Assembly (NCBI GenBank): GCA_015056575.1
Contig: SVGA01000015.1
Coordinates: forward strand, 1,370-65,369
Length of the DNA stretch: 64,000 nt
Origin: Butyrivibrio sp.
Lineage (GTDB): Bacteria > Bacillota > Clostridia > Lachnospirales > Lachnospiraceae
Reading direction: 5' to 3'
In this document: positions 8,406 to 17,831 of the stretch, in pieces
How positions within the stretch are numbered: the first letter of the stretch is position 1
Layout: the number at the start of each line of letters is the position of its first letter
Translations under genes and position numbers: made by a program
Notes under the pieces: model-generated
Told to the model about the DNA's origin: nothing
Seen by the model: only the letters and a program-made list of their open reading frames with translations
Database searches by the model: none

Positions 8406-11400
8406 TTACAAGAAGTACTTTACGCCGCTCTCGAAGATGCTAAGATCCTGCTCGCCGAAGATGTTTACAGCTACGCCGTCGCCGCGACGCTCTGAATGGG
8501 CCATCTTACCGAGGCAGCGGCCATCCGGTGAAAGGATGCCCTCTACGGCCCGGTAGGAACCGTTGATGTTCCACTCATCATCCATGGTCACATTGCCCTC
8601 AAGGTCGCAGTACTGTGTGGCGATCTGGCCATTCTTAAAGAGCTCATCAAGAACTGCCTCAGGTGCTACGAAGCGGCCTTCTCCGTGGGATGCGGGGTTG
8701 GTGTATACTCCGCCCAAGGTTGCACCGGTAAGCCATGGTGAATTATTTGATACCACCTTGATGTACGCCATTTTGGAGATGTGACGTCCGATGGTGTTAA
8801 AGGTAAGTGTGGGTGAATCCTCATTCTGTCCTGTGATCTTGCCGTAAGGCACAAGACCCAGCTTTATCATAGCCTGGAATCCGTTACAGATTCCAAGTGC
8901 AAGTCCGTCTCTGTTATTAAGAAGATCTTCTACAGCAGCCTTGATCTCTTCGTTCTGGAAGGCTGTAGCAAAAAACTTGGCACTGCCGTCAGGCTCATCA
9001 CCTGCGGAGAAGCCGCCGGGGAACATGATGATCTGGGCGTTGGCGATGGCCTTTCTGAACTCTGCTACGGACTCAGTGATGTCCTTCTCGTCTCTGTTCC
9101 TGAAAATCCTGATATCAACATCAGCGCCGGCTCGTCTGAAGGCCTCTGCACTGTCGTACTCGCAGTTACTTCCCGGGAATACGGGGATGAATACCTTAGG
9201 TCTTGCAACCTTGTTCTTGCAGATATGTATGCTGTCAGCCTTATAAAGAGGTGACTCTACCTTGCTATTGTCGTCACCAACCTTTGAAGGGAATACCTTT
9301 TCAAGAGTACCCTTCCAGCCCCAGAGAGCATCTTCAAGAGCAAAGCTCTCGCCGCAGGCACTGATGGTTGCATCGCCTGTAACCTCACCGATAAGTCTTG
9401 CTCCGGTTACCTTAAGAGCATCCTCAAGGGCAGAAGCAGGAACCTCTGCTATGATGTCTGCTATATCGTTGGCAAACAGCTCTTTTGCCTCAATATCATC
9501 TGCGATCTTAACACCAAGGCAGTTACCGAAGGCCATTCTGCTGACTGCAGCGGCAATTCCGTAGCAGTCCTCTGCGTAAGCTGATACGATCTTTCCTGCA
9601 GACATAAGCTCTTTTACCTGACCGTAGAGAGCCTTAACTTTATCGTAATCCGGAAGGTCATACTCATCTCTTGCAATCCTGAACTGAACCAGCTTGTTGC
9701 CCGGTGTCTTAAGCTCGGGAGTGATGACATCGGAGAGCTTTGCAACGTCAACCGCAAAGGAAACCAGTGTAGGAGGAACGTTGATTTCGTTAAAGGATCC
9801 GGACATGGAGTCCTTGCCACCGATGGAGGCGATGCCGAACTTCATCTGTGCCTCATACGCACCAAGAAGTGCTGTAAAAGGCTGACTCCAACGAGTTGGA
9901 TCCTCGGTCATTCTCTTGAAATACTCCTGGAAGGTGAAGTGCAGGTTCCTGTAATCTCCGCCGCTGGCAACGATCCTGGAGACGGACTCTGTCACAGCGT
10001 AAGCTGCACCGTGATAAGGGCTCCAGCTTGAAAGGAAAGGATCAAAACCGTAGCTCATCATTGTTACTGTATCTGTTTTACCCGCAAGAACGGGAAGCTT
10101 GGCAATCATAGTCTGGGTCTCGGTGAGCTGATACTTACCGCCGTAGGGCATAAGTACAGAGCCTGCACCGATGGAGGAATCAAACATCTCCACAAGGCCC
10201 TTCTGTGAGCAGACGTTAAGATCTGACATCTCGGCGATCCACGCCTCTTTTACACTGCCCTTTGAAAGAGCCTTTGCCACCTTATCCGAGGCTGTCTTCT
10301 CAAGATAGTTCTCGGACTTTTTGGGAATCTCAACTTCAACTGTCGTCTCCTGATGAGCTCCGTTGGTATCAAGGAAGGATCTCTTTATATCAACAATCTT
10401 CTTGCCGCGCCAGTTAAGTACAAGCCTGGGCTCCTTGGTTACAACCGCAACCTTTACAGCCTCCAGGTTCTCCTCTGCTGCATAGGCAAGGAACTTCTCG
10501 GTATCCTTGGGCGCAACAACAACGGCCATTCTCTCCTGAGACTCGGATATGGCCAGCTCTGTGCCGTCAAGACCGGCATACTTCTTGGGAACAAGGTCAA
10601 GGTTGATATCAAGCCCGGGAGCAAGTTCGCCGATGGCAACGGAAACTCCGCCGGCTCCAAAGTCATTACATTTCTTGATAAGTTCGCTGACTTCAGGTCT
10701 TCTAAAGAGCCTCTGAAGCTTTCTCTCTGTGGGAGCATTACCCTTCTGGACCTCAGCTCCGCAGCTTGTCAGGGACTTGCTGTCATGAGCCTTTGAGGAA
10801 CCTGTTGCTCCGCCGCAGCCGTCACGTCCTGTTCTTCCGCCAAGGAGGATGATGATATCTCCCGGATCTGCGCTCTCACGGATAACGTGCTCCTGAGGAG
10901 CCGCTCCCATAACGGCACCGATCTCCATTCTCTTGGCAACATAGCCGGGGTGGTATATCTCTTTTACATAGCCTGTTGCAAGGCCTATCTGGTTTCCGTA
11001 GGATGAATATCCTGAAGCTGCGCCTCTTACCAGCTTCTTCTGGGAGAGCTTGCCCTTCATGGTGTCAGCTACGGGAACGGTAGGATCCGCTGCGCCCGTA
11101 ACACGCATAGCCTGATATACATAGCCTCTTCCTGAAAGGGGATCTCTTATGGCTCCGCCAAGACATGTAGCAGCGCCACCGAAAGGCTCGATCTCAGTGG
11201 GATGATTGTGAGTTTCATTCTTAAAGAACACAAGCCAGTTCTCGGTTTCAGGTCCTTTTCCGTAATCAACTTCAACGGGAACCACAACTGTGCAGGCATT
11301 GTTCTCCTCAGATACTTCCATATCTGTGAGGATACCGTCAGCCTTAAGTTTCTTCATGCCCATCAGGGCTATATCCATAAGGGAGATGAATTTCTCCTTC

Positions 11401-12212
11401 TTCTTATCGTCGGTCTTGTAGAGAGAGTCTCTTGCTGCAAGGTAATCCTTGTAGGCACCCTCGATAGGTGCTCTGTAGAAGCCATCCCCAAACTTAACAT
11501 CCGTAAGCTCGGTTCCGAAGGTGGTGTGACGGCAGTGATCGGACCAGTATGTATCCAGCACCCTGATCTCTGTCATGGTGGGATCTCTGTGCTCATCTGA
11601 AGCAAAGTACTGCTGTATCCACTTGAAATCATTGAAGGTCATGGCAAGGCCGAGAGACTCATACAGCTTCTTAAGACTCTCCTCATCCATATCCTTAAAT
11701 CCGTCAAATACCGCAACATCTTCGGGCTCATCGTAGTGGGCCACCAGAGTTTCGGGCTTCTCATCGGATGCTATTCTTGAATCCACCGGGTTCATGGTAT
11801 AGTTCTTGATCTTCTCCACTTCCTCGTCGGACACATTTCCTATGAGCATATATGTAACCGCTGTTCTGATGACAGGCGCCTCGTCTCCCCTGATGAATCT
11901 TACACACTGCTCGGCAGAATCGGCTCTCTGGTCGAACTGCCCCGGAAGAGCCTCTATACTGAATACCCTTGCACCCTGCGGAACATCGATCGTCTCCCTG
12001 TAAAGGATATCAACAGGGGGCTCTGAAAATACCGTAGTGCAGGCCTTCTCAAAAACTTCATCGGATACATTCTCCACATCATATCTGATGAAGATCCTTA
12101 CATCCTCCACGCTTTTGATCCCAAGATAACCCGAGATCTCTCCCAAAAGCTCTTTTGCCTTTCCCGCAAAGGGTTTCTTTTTTTCAACATAGACTCTCTT
12201 TACTGCGCTCAT
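8406..12212 (-). CDS. purL: phosphoribosylformylglycinamidine synthase, single-chain large form
   Basis: 1268 aa. It has a central AIR-synthase-like duplication and a C-terminal glutaminase domain (LGICNGFQ, ASHGEGRF). Confidence 0.95.
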   Translation of the reverse strand: MSAVKRVYVEKKKPFAGKAKELLGEISGYLGIKSVEDVRIFIRYDVENVSDEVFEKACTTVFSEPPVDILYRETIDVPQGARVFSIEALPGQFDQRADSAEQCVRFIRGDEAPVIRTAVTYMLIGNVSDEEVEKIKNYTMNPVDSRIASDEKPETLVAHYDEPEDVAVFDGFKDMDEESLKKLYESLGLAMTFNDFKWIQQYFASDEHRDPTMTEIRVLDTYWSDHCRHTTFGTELTDVKFGDGFYRAPIEGAYKDYLAARDSLYKTDDKKKEKFISLMDIALMGMKKLKADGILTDMEVSEENNACTVVVPVEVDYGKGPETENWLVFFKNETHNHPTEIEPFGGAATCLGGAIRDPLSGRGYVYQAMRVTGAADPTVPVADTMKGKLSQKKLVRGAASGYSSYGNQIGLATGYVKEIYHPGYVAKRMEIGAVMGAAPQEHVIRESADPGDIIILLGGRTGRDGCGGATGSSKAHDSKSLTSCGAEVQKGNAPTERKLQRLFRRPEVSELIKKCNDFGAGGVSVAIGELAPGLDINLDLVPKKYAGLDGTELAISESQERMAVVVAPKDTEKFLAYAAEENLEAVKVAVVTKEPRLVLNWRGKKIVDIKRSFLDTNGAHQETTVEVEIPKKSENYLEKTASDKVAKALSKGSVKEAWIAEMSDLNVCSQKGLVEMFDSSIGAGSVLMPYGGKYQLTETQTMIAKLPVLAGKTDTVTMMSYGFDPFLSSWSPYHGAAYAVTESVSRIVASGGDYRNLHFTFQEYFKRMTEDPTRWSQPFTALLGAYEAQMKFGIASIGGKDSMSGSFNEINVPPTLVSFAVDVAKLSDVITPELKTPGNKLVQFRIARDEYDLPDYDKVKALYGQVKELMSAGKIVSAYAEDCYGIAAAVSRMAFGNCLGVKIADDIEAKELFANDIADIIAEVPASALEDALKVTGARLIGEVTGDATISACGESFALEDALWGWKGTLEKVFPSKVGDDNSKVESPLYKADSIHICKNKVARPKVFIPVFPGSNCEYDSAEAFRRAGADVDIRIFRNRDEKDITESVAEFRKAIANAQIIMFPGGFSAGDEPDGSAKFFATAFQNEEIKAAVEDLLNNRDGLALGICNGFQAMIKLGLVPYGKITGQNEDSPTLTFNTIGRHISKMAYIKVVSNNSPWLTGATLGGVYTNPASHGEGRFVAPEAVLDELFKNGQIATQYCDLEGNVTMDDEWNINGSYRAVEGILSPDGRCLGKMAHSERRGDGVAVNIFGEQDLSIFESGVKYFL

Positions 12213-12240
12213 ATTATCTCCTCTTTAGACCTTTATTTTG

Positions 12241-12274
12241 AAAAAAGTGCTTAGGTAAAACTTAAGCACTTTTT
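12241..12274 (-). terminator. Intrinsic terminator after the TetR gene, ~28 nt upstream of the purL start
   Basis: The minus strand reads AAAAAGTGCTTAAG-TTTTACC-TAAGCACTTTTTT: a 9-10 bp stem followed by a U-run. Confidence 0.75.
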
Positions 12275-12281
12275 CTTGTCA

Positions 12282-12878
12282 TTAATTATTTAATTCATCG
12301 GGCACTAATCCCTCTAATACGTACATAAGCTCTCTGTCGATGGCTTCCTCGGTAACGCCGATGGTCACCGCGGCTATCTTAAGCCCTTCAACCACGTACA
12401 TCAGATTGCGGGCACATCCCACAGGGTTCTCGCAATAAAACTCGCCGCTTTCTACGCCGTTCTCTATAAGCTTCTCAACGATCCGTACCGCTGTATCAAA
12501 CTGATTCTTAAGGGGATTATCCTTTCCGGAGCCCCTATGAAGAGAAAAGTATTCATAGGTGGCAACAGTGAGATTATTCTTCTTGCGAAGGATCTCTTTT
12601 TTCTGTTCCTTGAGGAAAAGAGCTAACATATCACCGGCAGTTGCATCCCCGGAAAGAGCTGCAACAACGGCTTCCTCATCATCCTCATCTATCTCGTCTT
12701 CAAGAACTGCAAGGAAAACATCTTCTGTACTGGAAAAATAGAGATAAAGACCCCCGCGGCTGATGTCGCAGGCATCAACAATATCCTTCATGGTAACATT
12801 CTTGAATCCCTTGTCTGCAAATACAGATCTGGCTTTATCAAGAATGTACTTTCTCTTGGCAGCGGATTTCTCTCCCAT
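12282..12878 (-). CDS. TetR/AcrR-family transcriptional regulator
   Basis: N-terminal HTH region ILDKARSVFADKGFKNVTMKDIVDACDISRGGLYLYF. Confidence 0.88.
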   Translation of the reverse strand: MGEKSAAKRKYILDKARSVFADKGFKNVTMKDIVDACDISRGGLYLYFSSTEDVFLAVLEDEIDEDDEEAVVAALSGDATAGDMLALFLKEQKKEILRKKNNLTVATYEYFSLHRGSGKDNPLKNQFDTAVRIVEKLIENGVESGEFYCENPVGCARNLMYVVEGLKIAAVTIGVTEEAIDRELMYVLEGLVPDELNN

Positions 12879-12907
12879 TTCTCCTCCCGATCAAATCATC
12901 TGTTGTA

Positions 12908-13381
12908 TTAAACGGACTCCTGTCCCCAGAACTTCACCAGCTCATCCATCTTCTTGACCACATTGTAGAGGACTCCGTTTCGAACGCCCTCTGCCCATAC
13001 AGATCCCTTGGTCATACCGGACAGGATGTACTTGGAAAGGATTCCCGCAAGATCATCCATGTTGGATATCTGTGCGTCCTGAATGAAAGAAAGCTCATCT
13101 TTGGCACTGCTTAAGCGGTTTCTGGAATAAACATAGACATAATTTCTGTCCAGCAGGTTGGTATTCTGCGCTGCCTTAACGAAACCAAGCAGATTTGAGT
13201 CATAAACAGGGAACGGCATTGACTTAAGTTCACTGTTGGAATAACTTTGGGCCACTTGATTGGACGCGTTGTCCCGAAGCCAGTTCAGATATGGAACAAG
13301 CTTGGAAAGCTCAGGTCGATATCTTGAAACTATATCCTCAACACTGTTCTCGTTGACATTGTTGTCATTTTCAATACTCAT
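12908..13381 (-). CDS. hypothetical protein (157 aa)
   Basis: ATG 13381 has an AAGGAG SD 8 nt upstream; the track ORF opens at a TTG at 13438. I recognise no motif with confidence. Confidence 0.65.
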   Translation of the reverse strand: MSIENDNNVNENSVEDIVSRYRPELSKLVPYLNWLRDNASNQVAQSYSNSELKSMPFPVYDSNLLGFVKAAQNTNLLDRNYVYVYSRNRLSSAKDELSFIQDAQISNMDDLAGILSKYILSGMTKGSVWAEGVRNGVLYNVVKKMDELVKFWGQESV

Positions 13382-13458
13382 GAAAACCCGCTCCTTATCT
13401 GGCTTTCGGCCATTTGCAAATATTATAGCAAGTCCCAAATAAAAAGTACAGATGAAAA

Positions 13459-14010
13459 TTATCTCTGGTAAGGCATGTCCTCATCCTTGATGATGAACAT
13501 CATGATCCCCGCTATCATGTTGCAGAAAAGAAGCGAGCAAACCTTAAATCCTGTTCCCATGGCCTCGTCATTATTGAGTTTCTTAAAGGCATGTATTGTC
13601 ATGGGAATCTTCCAGATCAGAGGGATGCAAAGGAAGTTGATACTCAGTACGCATCCGATGACCATGAACACCTTGATTGCTGTGGCAAGTCCCTCGTCTC
13701 TTCTGTAGGTTGCACCTGGGTTGTCATGGTAGTTGTAATACTGAACCTGTGCATTAGCGGTATCGTAAGCAGGTGCCGCGTTGTAGGCGTTTGGATCAAA
13801 TCCCTTTACCTGATTCTGTGTCTCAGGCTGAACCTGTGTGTGGAACTGCATCTCAGAGCTGTTCTGCGCCTGAGGTGCCGCCTGGTACTGTGCCTGGCCT
13901 GAGAATGCTCCCTGTGAAAAAGAATCTGTGGCTGCAACGCCGGTTCCGCAATAAGAGCAGAAAGCCGCGTTATCAGGCAGTTCTGTTCCGCAATTAGGAC
14001 AAATCTTCAT
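13459..14010 (-). CDS. zinc-ribbon membrane protein
   Basis: N-terminal CPNCG-x12-CSYCG ribbon, a Q/A-rich low-complexity linker, and a C-terminal hydrophobic region with two predicted TM helices. Confidence 0.7.
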   Translation of the reverse strand: MKICPNCGTELPDNAAFCSYCGTGVAATDSFSQGAFSGQAQYQAAPQAQNSSEMQFHTQVQPETQNQVKGFDPNAYNAAPAYDTANAQVQYYNYHDNPGATYRRDEGLATAIKVFMVIGCVLSINFLCIPLIWKIPMTIHAFKKLNNDEAMGTGFKVCSLLFCNMIAGIMMFIIKDEDMPYQR

Positions 14011-14036
14011 AGCTAAAATCTCCTCCGTAAAACTTT

Positions 14037-14930
14037 TTAATATTTGACTCCAAGGTTGTGAAGTTCTTCAACAACCTGGTCATAGCTGTTGTATACTATT
14101 CCCTTCCATCCAAGCTTTCTTGCAGCTTCGATATTAACGGGGGTATCATCGATAAATACGGTTTTCTCGGCCTCAAGGGAATATCGCTGCATAAGGAGTT
14201 TGTAGATTGCTTCATCCGGCTTTACAAGCTTTTCCCTATAGCTTAGGATCCCTCCGTCAACTTCATCAAGAAATCCCATTGCTTCTCTGCAGCCCTCAAG
14301 CGCCCTCTCGCTGAAGTTGGAAAGCACAAGGACCTGATAACCGGCGGCTTTCAGTGCCCTCACCCAGGGAATTGCCTCTTTTCTACCTATAACAATGCCG
14401 TGAAGGTCATCAAAAACCTTGGGGAACACATCAGCGATCCCGGGATCGTTGGCCGCAAATCTTTCCATGAGTTCTTCGTGGGTAAGTACGCCTCTGTCGA
14501 TCTCGGTCCAGTCCCTGCTCTCCACTGATGCAGCAGAAATCCTGGCAACCATATCATCATCGTAACCCTGATTCTTAATGAAATCCTTATACACAAAATC
14601 CGTCAGAACATTTCCTATATCAAATACAACCGTATTGATCTCTCCATCCGGAATAACATTGCCGTACTTGTCATGTCTTCTGTTACTGGTCATGGGATCC
14701 AGTGATGCCACGGTATGCCTTCCCGTAAGGGCGCCGATGGACCATATAAGAAGCCACAGCACGATGGGCACCGCAATGGTAGCCGCAACACATCCTATAA
14801 ACACATTGTAGGTATCCGGTGAACCTGTAAGTGCCTCAAAAAGCAGTACCAGATACATACCAACCAGAACAACTATTCCAACCCATGCCAGAACTCTCTT
14901 CCACACAGGCGTCTTCTCATTCTTCTCCAT
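14037..14930 (-). CDS. HAD-superfamily hydrolase (YihX-like motif I) with an N-terminal two-TM anchor
   Basis: TM segments VLAWVGIVVLVGMYLVLLF and CVAATIAVPIVLWLLIW, followed by HAD motif I VVFDIGNVL and the later LSNF / DD motifs. Confidence 0.8.
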   Translation of the reverse strand: MEKNEKTPVWKRVLAWVGIVVLVGMYLVLLFEALTGSPDTYNVFIGCVAATIAVPIVLWLLIWSIGALTGRHTVASLDPMTSNRRHDKYGNVIPDGEINTVVFDIGNVLTDFVYKDFIKNQGYDDDMVARISAASVESRDWTEIDRGVLTHEELMERFAANDPGIADVFPKVFDDLHGIVIGRKEAIPWVRALKAAGYQVLVLSNFSERALEGCREAMGFLDEVDGGILSYREKLVKPDEAIYKLLMQRYSLEAEKTVFIDDTPVNIEAARKLGWKGIVYNSYDQVVEELHNLGVKY

Positions 14931-15020
14931 ATCTCTCTTCCTTATATAACACTCTCGTCAAAAAATTATCAGCAAATATAATACCCTAAAACCCCAAATT
15001 TCACAACCTGAATATATTGC

Positions 15021-15781
15021 TTTTTTTCGTACATTTTGCCGTTCTTCCCCGGCCCTTTCTCCCGGTACGGATATAAGCAGCCGCGCCTTCCCCGCCCCTC
15101 CCGCAGACAGTGGGCCAAATCCCCGAGGCGGTCTTTGCAGAAGTCCATGGCCACAAAAATCCCCAACGCAATTCCACGAATCAAACTCGCTTCCGGGGCC
15201 GATAAAGAGCAGGAAGGCTCTCATTTCGAGGATGAAAAAAAGTGCCATTTTTCCAATGCTCATAAGCAGTTTTTCCGGCGCATGCGGAAGGATTGTCTGA
15301 GAAGGTCGGCGTGCTTATCTTTTTAAAAGACGGTCATTGCTCGCCTTTGGCGAGCGCACAACGAAAATAAGATGGGGATTTTCAAGCCGGCTTGAAATCA
15401 CCCATCTTACTTTTCGTTGCAGGCGTACAGCACTGGGGAGTGCTGTGCGCCTTATGACCGGATATTAAAGATACGCCGACCTTCGAGTTTCATCCCGCAG
15501 CATGCGCATTGGAAGAAAAACTGCATGAGCATTTAGGAAAAATGAGTGCTTTTTTACCGCGAGAAATGGAAACTTCTGCGACTTCAAGGCCCCTCGGAAG
15601 CTCAGACATGTGATTCGTAAGCAGAATTGCGAGGGGGATTTTTGAAGCTCATGGACTTATTCTGCTCGACCGGACACGGGGATTTGGCCCTCCTGCTCTG
15701 CTCACGGGTCTGGAAAGGCGCGGGGCTGCGCGTACGTACCGGGAGAAAGGGCCGGGGCATCGGCAAAATGTACGAAAAAAA
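15021..15781. repeat. Large noncoding imperfect palindrome (arms ~368 and ~393 nt, centre at 15388/15389)
   Basis: The termini TTTTTTTCGTACATTTTGCCG..CCGGCCCTTTCTCCCGGTACG and CGTACCGGGAGAAAGGGCCGG..CGGCAAAATGTACGAAAAAAA are reverse complements. Many collinear blocks are shared by the two arms. The centre is ACGAAAATAAGATGGGGATTTTCAAGCC|GGCTTGAAATCACCCATCTTACTTTTCGT. Confidence 0.8.
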
Positions 15782-15851
15782 GCCCCCCACGTCGGAGCAT
15801 GCCATACGCAAAGGGCTTTCATAACAATTTTATTCGGATTGAAGGAATTTA

Positions 15852-17564
15852 TCAGCCGTTTATCGTGAACTGTCCGATGAGGTTGTTCAGACTCTCGGAC
15901 TGCTCGGAGAGTTCCTGGGATACTGCGCTGGACTCCTCAGCAGTTGCGGAGTTACTTTGAACAACGCTTGAGATCATCTCGATTCCCTTGTCGATCTCGT
16001 CCATACTTCTGGCCTGCTGCTCAGCCAGGTCTCCGGTCTCGATTATCATCTCCGTGATCTCTTCTACGCTGTGCTGCATTGCGTCAAGAGCCTCGGTGGT
16101 CTCTGCCACTACGGAGTTACCGTTGCTGATCTCATCCATGGTGTCGGCGATGAGCTGGTGTGTATTCTTGGCTGCTTCGCTGGACTGGTCTGCCAGCTTT
16201 CCGATCTGATCTGCAACAACCGCAAAGCCTTTCCCTGTCTCGCCTGCTCTTGCTGCCTCAATGGAAGCATTAAGGGCAAGGAGTGATGTCTGCTTGGCGA
16301 TGGCTTCGATGGAGTTGGTTACCTGCTCGATCTCTGCGGAGGCCTCAGTGATCCTTGTCATCGCATCGGTCACAAGATGCATTTTACGGGCACTGGTCTC
16401 TGCATTGTCGCGAACAGCAGTTGCCATATCCTTACTTCTTTCCGCAACCTCAGCCAGCTGCTTGGTCTGTTCTGTTATGGAATTTACGGAGGCTGTCAGT
16501 TCTTCCACTGCAGCAGCCTGATCCGTAGCGCCCTCTGCCAGGTTTGTTGCTCCCTGAGACATGTTGCTTGCCCCCTGGGATACCTGGGATGAGGAATTCT
16601 TAACCTCAAGCAGAGTGCTTGACAGATTCTCCGAGATATCGCTAAGGGCACTTCTTATTGCCTGATAATCTCCGATATAGAGCTTCTCGTTATGGGATCC
16701 CGAAGAGAAATCTCCTGAGGACATTCTCTTAAGAGTCTCATCGATATCCCTTACGATATTGCCGATAGCGTCCGTTGAAAGAGATATATCTTTTGCCAGC
16801 TTACCAAGCTCATCCTCGGAGTCTGTGTCGATCTCAAGTTCAAGTTTTCCTTTGGCCATGTCGTCCGCTGCTTTGGATATGGCTTCGATAGGTCCAAGGA
16901 TACTGCCGGTAAGGGCTCCTCTTGCTTTCTTTGAATAAAGCAGTGCATATACAACCACAAGCCCGGCAATTATTGTCATCAGCGAAACGGTTACCAAAGA
17001 TAAGTAATAAGCCCTTTTGGCCTGTGCCGCCGCACTGATGCCTATCTCCTTAAAGTCCTTAACAACAACCTTTATAGCCTCATTTACATTTGCCACATAG
17101 TACTGATACTGCTCATCGTGGGAAGCTCCGGAAGAATACAGTGAATCCATTCCCGCTGCGGCAGACTGAATGTCTTTGATATGCTGATAGGCCGTGGAGA
17201 GGTCTCCGTCATATACCTTACCCAGGTTATCAAGGCCCTCGTTAAGCTCTGCGATCTTCTCCGCAGCGCCCGCCATCTGCTCCGTCCTGTCGGCATCATC
17301 CTCACAGTTGAGAGCCCACAGATAGTATTTGGCCAGAGCCTGGATGGTTATCCTGATCTCTCCCTGCTGGGTGTTCTGCTCATAGTATCTGGTGTAGATA
17401 AAGTGGATATTTCCTACTGCCACCAGATCTATCAGGATGATAACAACAAAGATCACTATCAGATTCAGCCTGAACCTGTTGAAGACCTTCTTAAACTTAT
17501 CCGCTACCGAAAGTTTCCTAAAAGCTTCCTGATTGAATTCACTATTTCCTGCTGTTTTGGCCAT
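15852..17564 (-). CDS. methyl-accepting chemotaxis protein
   Basis: Conserved signalling hairpin [30 protein letters not shown], an N-terminal TM, sensor, second TM and HAMP. The start was moved to ATG 17564 (GGGAGG SD). Confidence 0.92.
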   Translation of the reverse strand: MAKTAGNSEFNQEAFRKLSVADKFKKVFNRFRLNLIVIFVVIILIDLVAVGNIHFIYTRYYEQNTQQGEIRITIQALAKYYLWALNCEDDADRTEQMAGAAEKIAELNEGLDNLGKVYDGDLSTAYQHIKDIQSAAAGMDSLYSSGASHDEQYQYYVANVNEAIKVVVKDFKEIGISAAAQAKRAYYLSLVTVSLMTIIAGLVVVYALLYSKKARGALTGSILGPIEAISKAADDMAKGKLELEIDTDSEDELGKLAKDISLSTDAIGNIVRDIDETLKRMSSGDFSSGSHNEKLYIGDYQAIRSALSDISENLSSTLLEVKNSSSQVSQGASNMSQGATNLAEGATDQAAAVEELTASVNSITEQTKQLAEVAERSKDMATAVRDNAETSARKMHLVTDAMTRITEASAEIEQVTNSIEAIAKQTSLLALNASIEAARAGETGKGFAVVADQIGKLADQSSEAAKNTHQLIADTMDEISNGNSVVAETTEALDAMQHSVEEITEMIIETGDLAEQQARSMDEIDKGIEMISSVVQSNSATAEESSAVSQELSEQSESLNNLIGQFTING

Positions 17565-17831
17565 AATAACCTCCCGGGATATTGACAACAAACAACTTGT
17601 ATATTTAATTGTAAACGATTTTTAGTACACAAAATCATAAAATTATATAAATTAAAATAAAATTTCAGAAAATTTGCCAAATTCAGACTTCTCCGAGCTT
17701 TGTAGGTTATTTCAGACGTTTGATCCTGACACAAAAAAAGTTTTACTTATGCCCGATTCTGCGATATATTACTATAGGTGGCAAATGGATTGTCACCTAA
17801 TAATTGTTCACTGTTATATGAGGAGGAATTT

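Noticed and set aside
14958-15824. Short ORFs inside the large palindrome (101, 71, 96, 69 and 65 aa), including mirrored MYEKK.. peptides at both ends
   Set aside because: They are mirror images produced by the inverted repeat. They lack an SD, are Arg/Pro/Gly-rich, and are mutually overlapping. I treat the region as noncoding.
17565-17831. Purine riboswitch upstream of purA (and upstream of purL)
   Set aside because: There is no conserved three-way-junction sequence. Only a small hairpin TAGGTG..CACCTA and AT-rich promoter-like sequence are present.
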